Positions 9,025 to 17,548 of a DNA stretch of 38,569 bases are shown here, piece after piece. The notes under the pieces are model-generated. The model saw only the letters and a list, made by a program, of their open reading frames with translations, searched no databases and was not told the DNA's origin. The position numbers and the translations under genes were made by a program. The DNA is taken from IMG/VR virus record IMGVR_UViG_3300046534_000937; one strand, given 5' to 3'. The first letter of the stretch is position 1. Each line of letters opens with the position of its first letter. The DNA comes from a virus.

Positions 9025-9917
9025 CAGGAAAGACTCCGGCCTAGCCCTGCATAATCAACGCGCAGGAAGCCATCACTGCCAAACCTGACAAGCTCGGGGT
9101 GCGTCTTCTGTAGCTCGTCGGCCATGACTCCGAATGTTGGCTGGGCTGGGTCGGCAATCTTCTTGCCCGCTTCGTTCCAGTCCCAACTGTAGAAGCTAAC
9201 GTCGCCTACATTGCCAGCATATCGCACGTTCTCTTTCAAGCGCGGGTCGGATGCCGCCGCGGTCGCCCCCATCGTCAGATAGTCAAACAGACCAGGCTGC
9301 TTTGATTGTGTTGACGTCTGCCCATACTGAGCGCCGCCAAGCGCCTGCATTGGCAAATTGAGCGCCTGCTGTGGTGCGCTTGCGTAGCCTTGATATTGTT
9401 GACGGCCCGCATTCATAAGCTGTTGCATAAGCGCTTGCTGTTGCCCGCCTTGCTGCGCTTGCTGTTGCCCAATCCGCTCGCCAAAGCCAAAGCCCATGTT
9501 TGACAGATTGCCCATTTGGTTCGCAGCCTGCAAGCCAATCTGCTGCTGGTTTTGCGCGCCGCCTAATGCGGTGTTGAAGCCCTGCTGCTGAAGCTGCCCG
9601 AACGTATCCGCGCCTTGGCGTGCAAAGCCCTCATTGGTCATAGCGTCAGCTACGCCGTGGCGAGACCCGCCAAACGCGCCCGCCTGTGTGGCCTGCGCGC
9701 CCATGTTGTTAGTCGCCATCTGGCGTTGCCGTTCCAAGCTGTCGAGCGTGTTGCCCGTGACTTGCTCAGTGTACGGGTTCATAAACGCGCCAATGTTTGG
9801 CCCTGCGCCGGCTGCTGCCGTGCCGCCTAGCGCAGCGTTGTAAGCGCCCGCTGATTGCCCGAATACACCGTTTTGTTGCGGTGTCTGCGTCTGCTGTGGA
9901 TTTGCTCCGCCTGCCAT
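9024..9917 (-). CDS. Gln/Gly/Asn-rich protein with a C-terminal intramolecular-chaperone (Peptidase_S74) autoprocessing domain
   Basis: The C-terminus 'SDPRLKENVRYAGNVGDVSFYSWDWNE...GVMADELQKTHPELV...RVDYAGL' matches the S-D-x-R-x-K-x-N signature of fibre/endosialidase chaperone domains. The N-terminal ~220 aa are low complexity. Confidence 0.7.
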   Translation of the reverse strand: MAGGANPQQTQTPQQNGVFGQSAGAYNAALGGTAAAGAGPNIGAFMNPYTEQVTGNTLDSLERQRQMATNNMGAQATQAGAFGGSRHGVADAMTNEGFARQGADTFGQLQQQGFNTALGGAQNQQQIGLQAANQMGNLSNMGFGFGERIGQQQAQQGGQQQALMQQLMNAGRQQYQGYASAPQQALNLPMQALGGAQYGQTSTQSKQPGLFDYLTMGATAAASDPRLKENVRYAGNVGDVSFYSWDWNEAGKKIADPAQPTFGVMADELQKTHPELVRFGSDGFLRVDYAGLGRSLS

Positions 9918-9918
9918 G

Positions 9919-10368
9919 TTATTTGCCCCCGCCCATGCCTGAAGATGTCATTACGCTGGGCTGTGGCTTGTATTGTGCCCCCGCCGCTGCGCCCGTCACT
10001 GGGTCAATAAACTGGTCGGCCATTGCGTTGAATTGGCCGGGACGCTGGGCTTGGAACTCGTCAACAGCGCCTTGGAATATCGGAGCGGACGAGAAGCCCT
10101 GCACCCCGTTGAAGTCCTGCGCTTGAGGCATCCCCTCCATTCCGGTCATCCCGCCGCCTGACATGCCAAACGCATCCGCAGCCTGCCCAGTGTTGGCAAA
10201 AGCTGCGTTCTGCATCGGTGAGAATGCGGCAACCTCCGGCCCATAGTAGGGCGTGTAACCGATTTGGGAAATGTCATTGGCGCGCGAGATATTCGCCTGC
10301 GAGGCGTCCTGCACAAATTGCGGGATTTGCGTCTCGCTTGTTTCGCTTCCGCCTTTACCGCCGCTCAT
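9919..10368 (-). CDS. Gly/Met/Gln-rich hypothetical virion protein
   Basis: I chose the start at ATG 10368, which forms an ATGA overlap with the upstream stop at 10365. The protein reads 'MSGGKGGSETSETQIPQFVQ...MGGGK'. Confidence 0.5.
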   Translation of the reverse strand: MSGGKGGSETSETQIPQFVQDASQANISRANDISQIGYTPYYGPEVAAFSPMQNAAFANTGQAADAFGMSGGGMTGMEGMPQAQDFNGVQGFSSAPIFQGAVDEFQAQRPGQFNAMADQFIDPVTGAAAGAQYKPQPSVMTSSGMGGGK

Positions 10369-10721
10369 ATTTTGCGCTCCATAACTGTCATTACTGGCTT
10401 CCAGCCTTCTTTGCCTAGAACCTTGAGCCAGCCATGCCGACCGCTCATTGTCATACCCTCGCAGCCCTGAGTCTTTCCCCATGCTGCCGCGGAATCAATC
10501 ATTCCGATTAACTCTTGCTTGTCGCCCGCGGCCAGAAACACATGCAGCACCTTTTTCTGTGGGTAGCATATGATTTCGGTTATAGCACAACTGTTGCTTG
10601 CTGGCCACAGTTGCATTTTGGCCGATGCCACGCCGCGCGCTACGTCGTCAAAGGCGTGCGTCCCGCCGCTGTACGCTAGGGCGCTGTCGATTTTATCGCG
10701 GTAGTCTTCAAGGTTTACCAT
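10365..10721 (-). CDS. Hypothetical protein
   Basis: The likely start is MVNLEDYRDK at 10721, overlapping the upstream stop by 7 nt. The composition is globular. Confidence 0.55.
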   Translation of the reverse strand: MVNLEDYRDKIDSALAYSGGTHAFDDVARGVASAKMQLWPASNSCAITEIICYPQKKVLHVFLAAGDKQELIGMIDSAAAWGKTQGCEGMTMSGRHGWLKVLGKEGWKPVMTVMERKI

Positions 10722-11038
10722 GTTGCAATCCCCGCTCGCTTCCATGTATCTGTTGCGGTGCAGACGTATATATAGGCCGCATCCTGTGCAAATTCGCCAA
10801 GCTGTCCCGACGCTGTGGCGCTTGCAGGAACACCTACAAACAGGCCGACCTTAGCGAAGGCTCCGCCCTTGGACACGACCGGATACCCGCTGGCATTATC
10901 CCAAAGAATGACGCCATTCTCAACAGCATTTGCGGCGTCGGTCTTATAACCCAAGCGGTCCCAAGCTGCGGCAATGGCGCGACGAAAGTCTTGTGCCCAA
11001 ACGCGAACATCGGCCCCGACTGGTGGCAGTCCAATCAT
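10715..11038 (-). CDS. Hypothetical virion-module protein
   Basis: 107 aa with an ATGA overlap to the upstream 492-aa gene (11035-11038). Confidence 0.55.
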   Translation of the reverse strand: MIGLPPVGADVRVWAQDFRRAIAAAWDRLGYKTDAANAVENGVILWDNASGYPVVSKGGAFAKVGLFVGVPASATASGQLGEFAQDAAYIYVCTATDTWKRAGIATW

Positions 11039-12513
11039 CGACGCCCCCCCGCGAACGCTTCAACGCGCATCGTGCCAACCCGCCAATCTGCAAGCCGAGC
11101 CGCATCAACGCGCATTCGAACCTGCCTGCCCGTGAATCGCACGTCTGTGGGGTTTGCCATTGAATAGGGGCCAAACGATTGCTCGACCCCATTGGGGTGC
11201 AGGCGCGTCTTAAACGTGGCTGTGACGTCGCCTTGTGTGGCCTCGTCTGGGATTAGACTGGTGAACGCGGTGACGTTCTCGCCAGTGCCGACCGTGATAG
11301 GCCCGCTCTCTGCAAAGACTGCATCATCCCCGTGTGCTAGGCCCACCTCATGCTCATACACATTGCCGCTTGCGTCAGCCCATAGCGGATACTTGAACAC
11401 GCCGCGTGGGACCGCTGCTGTACGCTCCATTGTGCCGATTGTCCAGTGCCCCTCCGCATAGTCTAGCGCAACATATCTGTCGCACTCGTTAGAACCGCCG
11501 GATGGATAAAACCACCAGATTTCTCCATGGTCTGCCATAGAGACAACATGCACCAAACTTGCTTGGGATTTATTCAAATCGCCAAAAACATAGTCGGCCA
11601 CGTCGCAAGGAAGCTCTTGAACCGTGCCCCCCGAAAAGGTGAAAAATGCGTTTTGGCCCATCCAGAACGCGCCCGCGTCAACTGACACCAAAGACTTGCG
11701 GCTGTTGATGCCGCAGGATTGTCCCACACGCTCGAACCCATATACAAAAGGGGGGCCTTGGTAGGTTGCCGTGTGCGCGTCTTGGTCTGTAAGGATTAGA
11801 GACTGCCCGCGCGTTCGCACCCCGCACATGATTTGACCAGACGTTTGTAATTCAATATCGCCAGCCTCGTTGGTCGCTGCCGCCGTCCAAGTGGTGTTTG
11901 CCTCGCGGTCGCACCATTGGACGCTGCGCGGATTGCCGCCAGCCCCCAGCGCGAAAAGAAACCTCTCGGCTGTTACCATTAGGGAAAGATTGCCCGTTGG
12001 CGCATTGGTAATCGCCGCAGCTGCGGTACTCGTGTTTAGAGCCCACTCATAGAGTTTGCCGTCCTTATTTGAACACGCGACTAAGTTCTCCCCAAAGTTA
12101 TCTAGCGCCCAAGTGGTCGCCTCGGAAAAGTTGCCGGTGTCTGGCCTTGGGGTGCCAAACGTGCCGAGGCCGAAGAACCCGCCGCCGAATCCGGTAATTG
12201 CCGCAGACCGGACAATACCAGCGGTGAAGCCTGCGGGCGTAATGTCGGTTGTGGTGCCGGATGCCGACGTGACAAACAGCTTGTTGTAAGTTCCAGCCGC
12301 AATGCGCCTGCCTCCGGCTAAGTCCTCCCACGCGAGCATCCCACGCGGGGGCTGGTCATATGCAGTTTCTAAGCGTGTGCGCCACCCGCCAACAGGCCGC
12401 AATGACCCATCGCGCCAGCGCACTAAATTCGCATCGCGCCATCGCCCCGCCTGGTCAAGCTCGGTGCCGTTGCGGTAAACGCCTGGCGGGAGTTCTAATG
12501 GAAGAAGCGCCAT
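11035..12513 (-). CDS. Putative tail structural protein
   Basis: 492 aa with W/G/T-rich beta-type composition. It lies between the fibre genes and the ejection block. I recognised no specific motif. Confidence 0.4.
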   Translation of the reverse strand: MALLPLELPPGVYRNGTELDQAGRWRDANLVRWRDGSLRPVGGWRTRLETAYDQPPRGMLAWEDLAGGRRIAAGTYNKLFVTSASGTTTDITPAGFTAGIVRSAAITGFGGGFFGLGTFGTPRPDTGNFSEATTWALDNFGENLVACSNKDGKLYEWALNTSTAAAAITNAPTGNLSLMVTAERFLFALGAGGNPRSVQWCDREANTTWTAAATNEAGDIELQTSGQIMCGVRTRGQSLILTDQDAHTATYQGPPFVYGFERVGQSCGINSRKSLVSVDAGAFWMGQNAFFTFSGGTVQELPCDVADYVFGDLNKSQASLVHVVSMADHGEIWWFYPSGGSNECDRYVALDYAEGHWTIGTMERTAAVPRGVFKYPLWADASGNVYEHEVGLAHGDDAVFAESGPITVGTGENVTAFTSLIPDEATQGDVTATFKTRLHPNGVEQSFGPYSMANPTDVRFTGRQVRMRVDAARLADWRVGTMRVEAFAGGRR

Positions 12514-12514
12514 A

Positions 12515-13234
12515 CTACGCCGCCGTCTTCATAATATACGCAAGCGCATAGTAGGGAGGCAGGTTTTCGTGCGCAGCGCCAGAGCCTTTGGCCCCCGAAT
12601 TGCCAGACATAGTGTGCGTGTGCGCCCCCGCGGATTGCGTTGCCCTTGTGCTGGACCCCGTGGCGATGTCTGCTACTGTAAAAGACTCCTGATTGTTATC
12701 GCGCAGCGAGAAACTGAGGGCGATGTCGTGCGTGTGCGCCCCTGCGCTGGCAGTAACGATATCGCCCGCTGCATGGGCGTGAGCGGGCATTTCGGCCTCG
12801 CTAAGCGTCACAGTCGCAGCGCCGCCAGTGTCTCCGACGTCGTAAGTCGCACCGCTGTCTGCGCTGGCATGAATAACAAAACGGTCGGTTAGGTTTGGTG
12901 TGCTGTTGGCTCCGTCACAAATGACCCAGCCGGATGGAATTGCGCTTATTGCGCCGCTCCACATGATAATCCCGCCCGCGGGGACATGAAAGCCAGCGAC
13001 CACGGCAACGCTGTTCGCCAGTAGCGTGGTGAAGCTGCCTGCCGCTGGTGTGGTCCCGCCAATAATGGAGTTGTCAGCCGTGCCACCCACGACCTGCGGC
13101 GCAACCGCCGTCGTGCCGTCAAGAAGATTGTCAAGCGTGTCTAACAGTGTGTTATACTTCGCGCCCCACGAGTCTTCAGACGCGCCGACCTCTGGCTTTA
13201 CCAGGCCGTATGTCGTTGTCGTAGTGTCTGCCAT
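12515..13234 (-). CDS. Tail fibre protein with a phage tail-collar domain
   Basis: '[19 protein letters not shown]', '[11 protein letters not shown]' and the C-terminal '[15 protein letters not shown]' match the tail-collar (MdpB-like) signature. Confidence 0.8.
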   Translation of the reverse strand: MADTTTTTYGLVKPEVGASEDSWGAKYNTLLDTLDNLLDGTTAVAPQVVGGTADNSIIGGTTPAAGSFTTLLANSVAVVAGFHVPAGGIIMWSGAISAIPSGWVICDGANSTPNLTDRFVIHASADSGATYDVGDTGGAATVTLSEAEMPAHAHAAGDIVTASAGAHTHDIALSFSLRDNNQESFTVADIATGSSTRATQSAGAHTHTMSGNSGAKGSGAAHENLPPYYALAYIMKTAA

Positions 13235-13252
13235 TGGGCTACCTCGTCAAGA

Positions 13253-13285
13253 TTTCTTTGGTTTCTTTGGTGTCTTTGGTGTCTT
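13253..13285. repeat. 9-bp tandem repeat (t[t/g]tctttgg x ~3.7) in an intergenic spacer
   Basis: The plus strand reads tttctttgg tttctttgg tgtctttgg tgtctt. This lies between the stop of 13284..13715 and the start of the collar-fibre gene. Confidence 0.85.
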
Positions 13286-13715
13286 ATTGCTTGACCCATA
13301 TTTCACTGGTGTCTCCTTGGTCTTCCCAAAGGCGGATGCCTCTGATTGCTGTGGCTGCGGCCATAGATGCCGCTGCAATGGCCTTTGCCGTGACGAATCC
13401 CACCGCCGCGACAGTAGACTCTGCTGCAATGGTCGCCGCGCTGACCCTCATCCTAACCGCTGCAACCGCAACAGAGGCCGAGGCCGATGTGGTCGCCGAT
13501 GCCACCACAATGCCGAAGCCCGAGGCCGATGTGGTCGCCGTTGTTGCCGCCCCAGCGCTCGCGGTGTAGGTGGCTGTTGCGGTAACGGCTACAGACGCAG
13601 AAGCGCTCGCAGCCGCAGTTGCGTCCTCAAATGATGCTCCAGATTCATCAGAAAGAGCCGCGCCGCCCTCGTTGAAAAGGGACGCGCCGCTTTGGTCTAG
13701 AAGAATGTTAGCCAT
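13284..13715 (-). CDS. Ala/Ser/Thr-rich low-complexity protein
   Basis: 143 aa starting MANILLDQSGASLFNEGGAALSDESGASFED, followed by A/T/S runs. It contains an internal DNA duplication, gaggccgatgtggtcgcc x2. Its strand agrees with the neighbouring genes. Confidence 0.4.
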   Translation of the reverse strand: MANILLDQSGASLFNEGGAALSDESGASFEDATAAASASASVAVTATATYTASAGAATTATTSASGFGIVVASATTSASASVAVAAVRMRVSAATIAAESTVAAVGFVTAKAIAAASMAAATAIRGIRLWEDQGDTSEIWVKQ

Positions 13716-13733
13716 TATTTTGACCCCAAGCGG

Positions 13734-14177
13734 TTACTCACCAGCATACCCAAACATGGCGTCGAATTGCTCTGCGGAGATACCTTTGACCGCCCCTATT
13801 CGCATAAGAAGCGGCGCGTTTCGGCGGACCTCTGTAATGCTCGCCCACGTTACCTGCGCGCCCAGACGCTCTTCCTCTGGCATAGCCGAAAGGGCCTCGT
13901 CAAAAGATGCAGGCCATTCACCACGCGCTGCGCGAACTGCGTCCTCAGAGGCGAGGAACCCAAGACGGACCGCCGCCATGATAAAAGACACTTTAGGCAG
14001 CGCTGCGTCGGCGCGGAAGTTTTCGCGCGCTTTCTGCCAGTCGACTTTTACAACACTACCCGCGCCCAAAGTCCAAGCGTCTCGAAAGTCTTTTTTCGAT
14101 GCGGTAAACGTCAAATCACTCGCCTGGAACTCAACGTCGTCAATCTTAACTAGCTCTTTAATTGCTTTACTGGTCAT
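13734..14177 (-). CDS. Hypothetical protein (fibre region)
   Basis: I chose the start at ATG 14177 (ATGA overlap at 14174-14177). The protein starts MTSKAIKELVKIDDVEFQ... Confidence 0.55.
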   Translation of the reverse strand: MTSKAIKELVKIDDVEFQASDLTFTASKKDFRDAWTLGAGSVVKVDWQKARENFRADAALPKVSFIMAAVRLGFLASEDAVRAARGEWPASFDEALSAMPEEERLGAQVTWASITEVRRNAPLLMRIGAVKGISAEQFDAMFGYAGE

Positions 14178-14668
14178 GCTGCTATCCTTTGCTCTTGAAA
14201 CTGCCACGCGTCTCGGTGCGTCATGTCTGCTGGCAGGCTGGCGCGGGTGACAATGCGCAAAATGTCTCTGTTGCCCCGGTAGTCTCGCCAGACGCGGGGG
14301 GGCAGGTGCATTTTGACTAGGTACTCCATCGCCTCCCGTTCTGTCATAGCGTCGACTGGCTCGGCAGTGTGCAGAATGTGCCCGCGATGATGCCGCTCAA
14401 AGTCCGGTTGCGCTTCATCGTGGGCAAGGGCGTGATACACCTCGACTGGGGGCAGAATTTTCCCATGCATAGCCATACCCAGCCACGCGCGGGAGGGCGA
14501 TGTGAACTGCGTTGGCGCGTCAATCTCGTCGGGGTCTTCCCACGCAATGACGTATTTGGGACTCGGCAACGGCACGTTGTGTTTCGCATACGTGAGAGTG
14601 AGAAGAATCTCACGCATTCGCAAATCGTGGTCCAGCCAGCGCACGCCCGTGACGTTCACGCCGCTCAT
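14174..14668 (-). CDS. Hypothetical protein (fibre region)
   Basis: 164 aa with ATGA overlaps at both ends. Confidence 0.55.
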   Translation of the reverse strand: MSGVNVTGVRWLDHDLRMREILLTLTYAKHNVPLPSPKYVIAWEDPDEIDAPTQFTSPSRAWLGMAMHGKILPPVEVYHALAHDEAQPDFERHHRGHILHTAEPVDAMTEREAMEYLVKMHLPPRVWRDYRGNRDILRIVTRASLPADMTHRDAWQFQEQRIAA

Positions 14669-16533
14669 GCTAGAGTTCCAAAACCAGTAGAGTGATTTGT
14701 AGCGATGTTTGAAAGCGCGGCAGCGGTGGGCGTTAATATGTATGAAAGAAGACCTACCGTGCTGGTAGTGTAGGCCGTGCCCGTTTTTTGCTCCAAGGCC
14801 TCAACATAATTGCCGGTTAGCGTGTTGTTGCCCCGCCGACCGTTTGCTGTTCGGTAAAGCGCAGTTGAGAAATTAGAGGTGAAGCCCAGCGTCGTGTTTC
14901 CCGAGCTAACGTCTGTAATGGACGCGACATTGAAACTCTCGTCAATCGCAGCGGTACTAGCGAGGTCGTAGTTCGCGCTGTAAGCCGCAACACCAGCCGA
15001 TGCCAGCAATGCAGCATCGATTGCTATCACTGCAATATCTCGGCGCAGCGCCGCATCTGGGTCATTGGTTAGGTCTGTGTCGGCGCTGTCTGCAATCCCG
15101 CCGCCGCCGCCGACTGCGCCCCATTCATCCGTATAACCTTCAAATCCAGGGGTCGTAGTGTTATATCCAAACATACCCTCCACTGGAGAACTAGGCCGCC
15201 CGGCTGTGTCCCATGTGCTGACTGTGACGCCTGTTCCCCCGATGTTTGCCAAGAACGTCGCAGGGACGGGAACGTCAGAGCCGTTGTTAGCTTTGAGAAG
15301 CACGGAGGAAAGGCTGTTAGAGCTGCCCGCCTGCGAGCCGATGGTGTAAGGCACAAACTCCACTTTGGTGGCGTCGTTTGAGACCGTTGCCGTCTCCTGT
15401 ATCAACCACCAGCCGAGGAATGTAGCGTAAAGGAGTTTCGGGTTTAACTCGTAGTCTTCAAGCAAGATACCGGACTTGGCGAGCGCTAGGTCGGCATAGT
15501 TGCCCTGCCCGTACTGAATAGCGAAAGCACCGTTGCTGAACCTGTAGACGCGGTGACCTACTGCGGTAGTAGACCCGAGCCCTGTAATGGCGTCGTCATC
15601 GTCCCAGAACTTTACAAGGGCGGTCTGCGCCGATGCGGCTACACCCGTTTTGTTAAGCAAATCGTAAGACACGGTTGTAACTGCATCAAACGACAACACG
15701 TTCGGATTGTGTACGTTTCCCGTACCGCCAAGCTCTAAAATCGACCCAGCGCCAGCATCAAACCCCAAGCCGTCCGCACGGCCCGTGATTGCCATACCCG
15801 ACTTAAGCGGCACCCCAGCAAGCAGGAGATACTCGTAAAGGTCGCGGGTGGTGTTGGTGTCATTCCCGAGGGGGTTGTTGAAGTATTCAAAGCCGATAAT
15901 TAAATTCGTGGCAGTGTTCACGGCAATCCGCATCGTGAACAACTTACGACGCCAGTCTAGCCGGGTCGGCACGCTCGTTTGTTGTTGCAGCGCGCCCGCG
16001 TTGTCGATGTAGACATAGGTCGAGTCTGCATTCAGGTTTGCGACCGTTACGCCTGTTGCGCCAGCGTAATGAAGGTCAAAGAACCCTACGCCTTCGTCAC
16101 TGCGGATCTCGCCCTCAACAGCGGGCTGAGCAAATGTGGTCCCGCCTACGGCAACTGTCGACACGTAAGTCGTGCTAACCCCGGTCCCCCGCGCTTTGAG
16201 TAAGGCGTGGTCAACACCGTCCACAAAGGTTTGCAGGTTTGTGGTGTCCACGACAAGCAGGTCAGTATCCACCACCGTCATATTTGTGCTGGCAAAGACG
16301 GGTGCCGCGCCGCTAACTACGCTCTGGTCAAGCGCCTTGACGTCCGCAATGGAAGTCAGCTCAGAGTCCAAGAGTGAGCCGTCCAAAACAAGCGTCTTGA
16401 TAGCCGACATTGTGAAGTTTACAGTCTCGCCGGTCGAGTCGTTGGAGGTGTCCGACACGTCTGTGCCGATAACCATGTCAGCGGTTGCGGGCGTTGTGAC
16501 TGCGTAATCTGTGACGTTGCCAATTTTAGACAT
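14665..16533 (-). CDS. Tail fibre / spike protein
   Basis: 622 aa with T/S/G/N/V-rich beta-type composition. The N-terminus reads 'MSKIGNVTDYAVTTPATADMVIGTD'. It lies downstream of the adaptor-like gene. Confidence 0.55.
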   Translation of the reverse strand: MSKIGNVTDYAVTTPATADMVIGTDVSDTSNDSTGETVNFTMSAIKTLVLDGSLLDSELTSIADVKALDQSVVSGAAPVFASTNMTVVDTDLLVVDTTNLQTFVDGVDHALLKARGTGVSTTYVSTVAVGGTTFAQPAVEGEIRSDEGVGFFDLHYAGATGVTVANLNADSTYVYIDNAGALQQQTSVPTRLDWRRKLFTMRIAVNTATNLIIGFEYFNNPLGNDTNTTRDLYEYLLLAGVPLKSGMAITGRADGLGFDAGAGSILELGGTGNVHNPNVLSFDAVTTVSYDLLNKTGVAASAQTALVKFWDDDDAITGLGSTTAVGHRVYRFSNGAFAIQYGQGNYADLALAKSGILLEDYELNPKLLYATFLGWWLIQETATVSNDATKVEFVPYTIGSQAGSSNSLSSVLLKANNGSDVPVPATFLANIGGTGVTVSTWDTAGRPSSPVEGMFGYNTTTPGFEGYTDEWGAVGGGGGIADSADTDLTNDPDAALRRDIAVIAIDAALLASAGVAAYSANYDLASTAAIDESFNVASITDVSSGNTTLGFTSNFSTALYRTANGRRGNNTLTGNYVEALEQKTGTAYTTSTVGLLSYILTPTAAALSNIATNHSTGFGTLA

Positions 16534-16545
16534 ATTGCGGCCCCC

Positions 16546-16926
16546 TTATGTGAGCGTCAGGTCGAAGTCGCCGGTCGGGATGCGGAAGATATCACCCGTT
16601 CCAATCGCTTTGCTGGTGCCAAGCGCGGCGTATGCAATCATGTTGCCGCTGGTGGCGGCGTCAAACACCGCAACATGCGTTACCGTGCCCCAATCGCCCG
16701 TTGCCGCGTCAAACTCGACATTGCCGGAGTTGGTGGCGAGGTTGCCCGCCGCTGTGAACGCGATAGCCTTGCGCGCGTAAGCATCGCCCGACAACTCAGT
16801 GCCGCCGGCGGCTTCGCCAGGGGCAGACGTGAATAGGCCAAGATACCACTCGGTCGGGCGTGTTGCGGTGCCTGTCGTGAACAGGAACGAAAGAACCAGC
16901 GTTTCGGCTGTGTTGGTGAAACTCAT
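16546..16926 (-). CDS. Small conserved virion-module protein
   Basis: 126 aa. Strings such as 'WYLGLFTSAPGEAAGGTELSGDAYARKAIAF...WGTVTHVAVFDA' recall a family I have seen next to fibre genes. Function unknown. Confidence 0.5.
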   Translation of the reverse strand: MSFTNTAETLVLSFLFTTGTATRPTEWYLGLFTSAPGEAAGGTELSGDAYARKAIAFTAAGNLATNSGNVEFDAATGDWGTVTHVAVFDAATSGNMIAYAALGTSKAIGTGDIFRIPTGDFDLTLT

Positions 16927-16927
16927 C

Positions 16928-17548
16928 TCAGTAGCTCCTGATTTTCATGCGCAGACCGGAGCCGCTGTGCTTGGCTTTGTTTGATTGCGTTTGCAGTGAT
17001 TGGACTGCCGATTGATACATCGCGGCCCATGTTGTGGCTCGCCCATCCTCTTTCAGATATGGAGCGCTGTGGATAAGTGCCCCGTAAAGATAAACGTCGG
17101 ATGCCTCAGACAACAGCCAGTTGCCCGTGTTGGTGTCGGATAGGGCAGGGATGCGAGCGTTATAGATAAGCTCGGCGTTGTAAACCTCGTCAGGCGTCGG
17201 GAAGAACTCAAATTGTCCCGCCGAAACTGCATAGAAAACTGGACGTCCGCCCGTGTTGGCATTGCCCGCGCGCCGCTCGATTAGCTCGGCTTGGCTAATA
17301 AGGTCCATAGGCGCTGTGTTGCCGTCTGTCGTGTGGAATCGGATTGAACCGAGCCAGTCGGTCGGGACTTGGCTGTACTGGCTGGCAATCTCTGCGACCG
17401 CGCGCGTCTCCATCTGCCAGTGCCGCAGGTCTCGCCCGATAGCGGCCTCCGCTAGGGAGATAAACGTCGGGATAGTTGCTGTTAGGTCAGACCGGTTAAG
17501 GAAGTCGCCAATCGCCGTTTGTAGCGTGGCATACGTACTAATACTCAT
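16928..17548 (-). CDS. Putative head-tail adaptor
   Basis: 206 aa. The N-terminus 'TYATLQTAIGDFLNRSDLTATIPTFISLAEAAIGRDLRHW' resembles the phage adaptor family as I remember it. This is recognition only. Confidence 0.45.
   Translation of the reverse strand: MSISTYATLQTAIGDFLNRSDLTATIPTFISLAEAAIGRDLRHWQMETRAVAEIASQYSQVPTDWLGSIRFHTTDGNTAPMDLISQAELIERRAGNANTGGRPVFYAVSAGQFEFFPTPDEVYNAELIYNARIPALSDTNTGNWLLSEASDVYLYGALIHSAPYLKEDGRATTWAAMYQSAVQSLQTQSNKAKHSGSGLRMKIRSY

Noticed and set aside
11105-11125. A GGTTCGAAT (T-loop-like) string on the minus strand considered as a tRNA
   Set aside because: The flanking bases cannot form a T-stem or acceptor stem, and the string lies inside the 492-aa coding sequence. 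I spotted no other tRNA-like cloverleaf by eye.
10598-11192. ORFs 10598..11167 (+), 10834..11034 (-), 10930..11163 (+) and 10944..11192 (-)
   Set aside because: They overlap the translationally coupled minus-strand genes 10715..11038 and 11035..12513 and have Arg/Cys-rich shadow composition.
13026-14250. Plus-strand ORFs 13026..13634, 13234..13569 and 13570..14250 across the fibre-region genes
   Set aside because: They are shadow frames of low-complexity A/S/T-coding DNA and the neighbouring genes. All surrounding genes are on the minus strand with coupled junctions. I retain some residual doubt for 13284..13715 itself.
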